From an uncultured Muribaculaceae bacterium (GTDB lineage: Bacteria > Pseudomonadota > Alphaproteobacteria > Rs-D84), in contig CAZPLT010000004.1 in assembly GCA_964587855.1 (NCBI GenBank), positions 1 to 52,827 of the forward strand: 52,827 nt of DNA, written 5' to 3'. Numbering within the stretch: the stretch's first letter is position 1; each line of letters begins with the position of its first letter. Below the pieces are notes generated by a model. It was given only the letters and a program-made list of their open reading frames with translations. It was not told the origin of the DNA and searched no databases. A program made the position numbers and the translations under genes. Below, one piece after another: positions 51,598 to 52,827 of this stretch.

Positions 51598-52827
51598 TCA
51601 TATTCCTGCGTCCTGGCTCATTTGTGCGATTGGGGCGATGTATTTTAACCTGGCGTCGCCATGCAATGAAATACTATCTATGATTCCGCGGCGCGATAAA
51701 ATTTGCAATCCGCGTTCGCACAATGGGCGAATAAATTCGTGCAGCAAACGACCATATGTCGCACCCAACACGCGCATCATATCTGCATTGCGCGCCAAAA
51801 TTTCCGTTGCGGTCATTTCTTTGTCAGACATTAATTGCAATCTGTCGGCCAGCAAGGTGTGTGAAATTCGTGTGCGTAAATCTGATAAAATAAGTTGCGA
51901 CACATCAAAGTCTGCGCCAGATTTTAATGGCGTCAGACCCGTGCTGCCAATCGCCTTTGGTATGATTGCGCCAGGCGTTAAATTTATATTGGATAAATTT
52001 ATTACACCATCGTCGTCGGCCTGCCAAATACCACTGACCGCAATAGTTGCGTTTTTCAGGACCAGTTCAACGACTTTGTTCGCGGTCTTGATGTCGGGCA
52101 GCGCGCGCAACACAGGACTGCGTCCATAACTTTCGCCCGCGGCAACCGACCAACGAAAGATAATGTATGGATTGGTTTCAAATTTCCCACGTGACACAAT
52201 ATTATTTTCCAAATCACCACCAACATCCAGCCAAGCGGTAAATTCTGTTCCAATCAGTGCTTGCACCAAACGCAGTGGGGTTTCTGGGTGTTCTTTTATA
52301 GTGCTGCGCAAATTTGTCGGTGGTGTCCATTCGGGATATTTTTCCAAAACTTCGGATGCGGGCATTGTTGTGGTGTGAAAAATCGCGCCACGTGTAATTG
52401 CAATATCGCTCATTGGAATTGCGGTAAAAGAAAAAGCGCTGTCCGCGCCAATTGGATTTTCTGACATGAATAAACACGCCGTCCCCAAAACCACTAAATC
52501 CAAATAGCATTGATGAATGGTCGTATAAAAATTTGAATCATTCAAATGCTGGCGCAGCATATTTGTCGCATGCGCGGTTGATTCGTTTAATGGTTCAATT
52601 TCGCTTTCAGAAATTAAATTCAGCCACAGCGATTCTGGTGGTGTCAGCAGCGAATACATAGAAGCCGCTAAATTTTCAACAGCATCACCAGCTGTCGCAT
52701 CAAACAAAGTCGCCGATTCATCGTCCGCCGCAGGCAGAGTATAGCGCTGGCACGCAGTCCAACGATTAACCCATGGACCGCGCATATCAGTTGCTTGTTT
52801 ATAAAGTTGCAAAATATTTGCATTCAT
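51598..52827 (-). CDS. phage head-to-tail connector (portal) protein, T7 gp8-like
   Basis: RGPWVNRWTACQRYTLPA, AVENLAASMYSLLTP and GESYGRSPV parallel T7 gp8 blocks (RAPYETRAQNCAQYTIPS, LNNLASKLMLALFP, GESYGRSYI; from memory). The ATG is the last codon in the window, so the true start may lie beyond the edge. Confidence 0.75.
   Translation of the reverse strand: MNANILQLYKQATDMRGPWVNRWTACQRYTLPAADDESATLFDATAGDAVENLAASMYSLLTPPESLWLNLISESEIEPLNESTAHATNMLRQHLNDSNFYTTIHQCYLDLVVLGTACLFMSENPIGADSAFSFTAIPMSDIAITRGAIFHTTTMPASEVLEKYPEWTPPTNLRSTIKEHPETPLRLVQALIGTEFTAWLDVGGDLENNIVSRGKFETNPYIIFRWSVAAGESYGRSPVLRALPDIKTANKVVELVLKNATIAVSGIWQADDDGVINLSNINLTPGAIIPKAIGSTGLTPLKSGADFDVSQLILSDLRTRISHTLLADRLQLMSDKEMTATEILARNADMMRVLGATYGRLLHEFIRPLCERGLQILSRRGIIDSISLHGDARLKYIAPIAQMSQDAGI

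Noticed and set aside
51458-52129. 223-aa plus-strand ORF overlapping the lysozyme and portal genes.
   Set aside because: It is antisense to two genes with clear family signatures (GH24, T7-type portal) and has no motif of its own.

Overview
AT-rich window (about 35-40% G+C by eye) from a diderm bacterium. Gene order, a duplicated and scattered VirB-type T4SS and compact operons suggest an intracellular alphaproteobacterium of Rickettsiales/Holosporales type; this is inference. The core backbone is well supported. It comprises the 23S 3' end plus 5S rRNA, dnaX, skp-lpxD-fabZ, tRNA-Trp-secE-nusG-rplKAJL-rpoBC, rpmA/rplU, tRNA-His/Ala, frr, ispA, rseP-cdsA-uppS and bamA. The most interesting accessory content is a virB8-virB9-virB10 operon (20117 to 12915, minus strand). 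Its VirB9 carries a C-terminal SPOR domain. Its VirB10 is about twice the normal size and ends in a cysteine-rich tail. The operon runs on into two secreted proteins of unknown family instead of ATPase genes. A C-x6-C-x4-C module links the first of these to a tandem pair of giant secreted cysteine-rich paralogues at 1804-6138. A 'CCPSS' tail links one of those paralogues back to VirB10. A second T4SS-like module lies at 46311-48739: a VirB7-like mini-lipoprotein, two divergent VirB8 paralogues and an unknown exported protein. I read these together as one envelope or secretion-associated cysteine-rich protein system with no family I can name. Other notable items are an orphan type IV pilin-like gene coupled to an OmpA-like lipoprotein and an NrdR-box-controlled nrdJ-dut-adenosyltransferase module. 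There is also an AT-rich acetyltransferase/XRE islet and a phage-derived block (T7-type portal, GH24 lysozyme) at the right edge. No CRISPR array, transposase or integrase was seen.
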